This document shows, one piece after another, positions 61,040 to 64,000 of a DNA stretch of 64,000 nucleotides (position 1 is its first letter; every line of letters begins with the position of its first letter). Both the position numbers and the translations under genes were made by a program. The stretch spans positions 1,240,001-1,304,000 of the forward strand of contig CATNEN010000002.1 in the NCBI GenBank assembly GCA_950097015.1. The letters are read 5' to 3'. The notes beneath the pieces are model-generated. The model saw nothing but the letters and a program-made list of their open reading frames with translations, was not told the origin of the DNA and searched no databases. Source of the DNA: Macrostomum hystrix (taxonomy: Eukaryota; Animalia; Platyhelminthes).

Positions 61040-63589
61040 ATGGCGGCCTCAATCGGCAGTCAACGGCAGTCTCAGAGGTCAGCTGAACCCAAATCAGCGT
61101 GCCGCATCCTTGTCCTAGATCCCAAGCTGCACCCCACCAGCAATTTCACTACTTACAAAGTCATTATGCACGTTGTGCCGGAGTCCATATTTCAGGAAGA
61201 GTACCAGGTAAGACAGAGCTAGAAAATTATTTTAAGAAACCTCTAATTACCTGCAAAAGGGACATCACATGACATAACACCTATTTCAAGAATCCCCATT
61301 ACCTCTTTAGGGACCTCATAACATAACACATATTTCAAGAATCCCCATTACCTCTTTAGGGACCTCATAACATAACACCTATTTCAAGAATCCCCATTAC
61401 CTCTTCAGGGACATCATAACACAACACCTATTTCAAGAATCCCCATTACCTCGTCAGGGACCTCATAACATAACACCTATTTCAAGAATCCCCATTACCT
61501 CTTCAGGGACATCATAGCACAACACTTATTTCAGGAATCTCCATTGCCTCTTCAGGGACCTCCTTACATAACACATATTTCAAGAATTTCCATTACCTCT
61601 TCAGGGACCTCATAACACAACACTATTTCAGGAATCCCCATTACCTCTTCAGGGACCTCATAACATAACACCTATTTCAAGAATCCCCATTGCCTCTTCA
61701 GGGACCTCATAACACAACACTATTTCAGGAATCCCCATTACCTCTTCAGGGACCTCATAACATAACACCTATTTCAAGAATCCCCATTGCCTCTTCAGGG
61801 ACCTCCTAACATAACACTTATTTCAAGAATCCCCATTGCCTCTTCAGGGACCTCCTAACATAACACCTATTTCAAGAATCCCCATTGCTTCTTCAAGGAC
61901 CTCATAACACAACACTATTTCAGGAATCCCCATTACCTCTTCAGGGACCTCATAACATAACACCTATTTCAAGAATCCCCATTGCCTCTTCAGGGACCTC
62001 CTAACATAACACATATTTCAAGAATCTCCATTGCCTCTTCAGGGACCTCCTAACATAACACATATTTCAAGAATCCCCATTGCCTCTTCAGGGACCTCCT
62101 AACATAACACTTATTTCAAGAATCTCCATTACCTCTTCAGGGACCTCCTAACATAACACCTATTTCAAGAATCTCCATTGCCTCTTCAGGGACCTCCTAA
62201 CATAACACATATTTCAAGAATCTCCATTACCTCTTCAGGGACCTCCTAACATAACACTTATTTCAAGAATCTCCATTGCCTCTTCAGGGACCTCCTAACA
62301 TAACACATATTTCAAGAATCTCCATTGCCTCTTCAGGGACCTCATAACATAACACCTATTTCAAGAATCCCCATTACCTCTTCAGGGACATCATAACACA
62401 ACACCTATTTCAAGAATCCCCATTACCTCGTCAGGGACCTCATAACATAACACCTATTTCAAGAATCCCCATTACCTCTTCAGGGACATCATAGCACAAC
62501 ACTTATTTCAGGAAACTCCATTGCCTCTTCAGGGACCTCCTTACATAACACATATTTCAAGAATTTCCATTACCTCTTCAGGGACCTCATAACATAACAC
62601 CTATTTCAAGAATCCCCATTGCCTCTTCAGGGACCTCCTAACATAACACTTATTTCAAGAATCCCCATTGCCTCTTCAGGGACCTCCTAACATAACACCT
62701 ATTTCAAGAATCCCCATTGCCTCTTCAGGGACCTCCTAACATAACACATATTTCAAGAATCTCCATTGCCTCTTCAGGGACCTCCTAACATAACACATAT
62801 TTCAAGAATCTCCATTGCCTCTTCAGGGACCTCCTAACATAACACATATTTCAAGAATCTCCATTGCCTCTTCAGGGACATCATAACATAACACCTATTT
62901 CAAGAATCCCCATTACCTCTTCAGGGACCTCATAACATAACACCAGATTAAAGCATCGCCTCACTCCGCATCCTCAGATTATAATCTTCAAGCGCTTCTC
63001 GGACTTCCTACGTCTCCATCGTCAGCTGTCGGATCTGCACACGAAGCTGCAGCGTCGGGATCCGTTCCCAACAATGCCCGAGGCGTCCTACTTCAACCGA
63101 TTCGAGCCCGCCGTAATTGAAGAGCGGCGCCAAGCCGCCCAGACGACGCTGCAGTTCTGCGCTGACCAGCCGCACCTGCGCCAGCACGCTGTCTTCCGCG
63201 CCTTCTTCCAGACTGGCGTCCGCACCGCGGGACCGCCGCCTCCGCTGCCGCCGCCTGCCCAGGCTCCGACCGCAGCCGCTGCTTCGATTTCATCTTCAAA
63301 CTTTGGAATTCAAAGGTCGATATCTACAGCAGCAGCAGCTGCTGTGTCATCCTCGCCGGAGATTTCGTCTTCTTCTCCTACGGAAGCCAGCGGCATTGCG
63401 ACTTCTCCGCCGGCCTACACGCGATCGATTAGTGCAACTTCCGGCCTGCCAGATGTCTCAGAATTCGATCCATTTGTGGTGCAATCATCGGCTGGCGAAA
63501 GTCATCTACCGGCTGCCTCAACTTCGACACGAGGCGAGCAGAATTCCGATCTGCTCAATGGTGATCTGATGCTCACACTGCATTCGGAG
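61040..63589 (+). CDS. 5' part of a PX-domain protein, SNX15/RPS6KC1-like (continues beyond the window)
   Basis: Exons 61040-61207 and 62978-63589 (phase 0): TTYKVI...IFKRFSDFLRLHRQL...FNRFEPAVIEERRQAAQTTLQF...FRAFF. GTGAG donor at 63590. Confidence 0.85.
61258..62945. repeat. 49-bp intronic minisatellite, about 34 units
   Basis: cagggacctcataacataacacctatttcaagaatccccattacctctt repeated. Confidence 0.95.
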
Positions 63590-63630
63590 GTGAGTGGCAT
63601 TTTCTGGCTAATTTTTACTGATTCTCACAC

Positions 63631-63845
63631 TGTGCTCAAGTATCCTTATATTGTGCTCAAGCATCCTTATGCTGTGCTCAAGTATTCTTATACTGTGCTC
63701 AAGTATTCTTATACTGTGCTCAAGTATCCTTATACTGTACACAAGTATCCTTATGCTGTGCTCAAGTCTCCTAATACTGTCCTCAAGTATCTTTATACTG
63801 TGCTCAAGTATCCTTATACTGTGCTCAAGTATCCTTATACTGTGC
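63631..63845. repeat. 21-bp intronic minisatellite (tgtgctcaagtatccttatac)
   Basis: Directly visible. Confidence 0.9.
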
Positions 63846-64000
63846 TCAAATATAATCAAAATTTGCTCACAGATTCCCACACTGCCCCCACATCCACATA
63901 CTGTGCTCACAGATCCTTTCACTGTGCTCACCCATCTTATATTCACGCTGAGCTAACCTATCCATACATTGTGCTCACTGGTTTTCACTCTGTGCTCACA

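Overview
Repeat-rich animal (metazoan) genomic DNA with GT-AG introns, many minisatellites and nested transposons; style suggests a free-living flatworm such as Macrostomum (inference only). The centrepiece is a 13.35-kb Foldback/NOF-like Mutator (MULE) element at 6967-20314. It has an 8-bp TSD and 1.37-kb apparently identical outer inverted repeats, followed by 111-bp tandem arrays (about 20 units left, 10 right). It carries two convergent genes: a 4-exon DDE transposase fused to a USP(C19)-like cysteine protease domain, and an unknown coiled-coil protein. It sits inside a decayed P-element-type transposase. A Crypton-type tyrosine recombinase (36777-38117) is followed by a dense CATAGAC motif cluster and two inverted lox-like sites that bracket a complete Ly6/three-finger GPI-type gene. 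Host genes rebuilt by hand: RPL41, an orphan type I membrane protein, an IFIT-like TPR protein, the Ly6-like gene, an alpha-arrestin, a taperin-like protein and the 5' part of an SNX15/RPS6KC1-like PX gene. Also present: a deleted Tc1/mariner copy, a hAT-type MITE, a 50-bp perfect palindromic insertion and about ten tandem arrays. Splice models and family calls come from motif recognition by eye; no database search was run.
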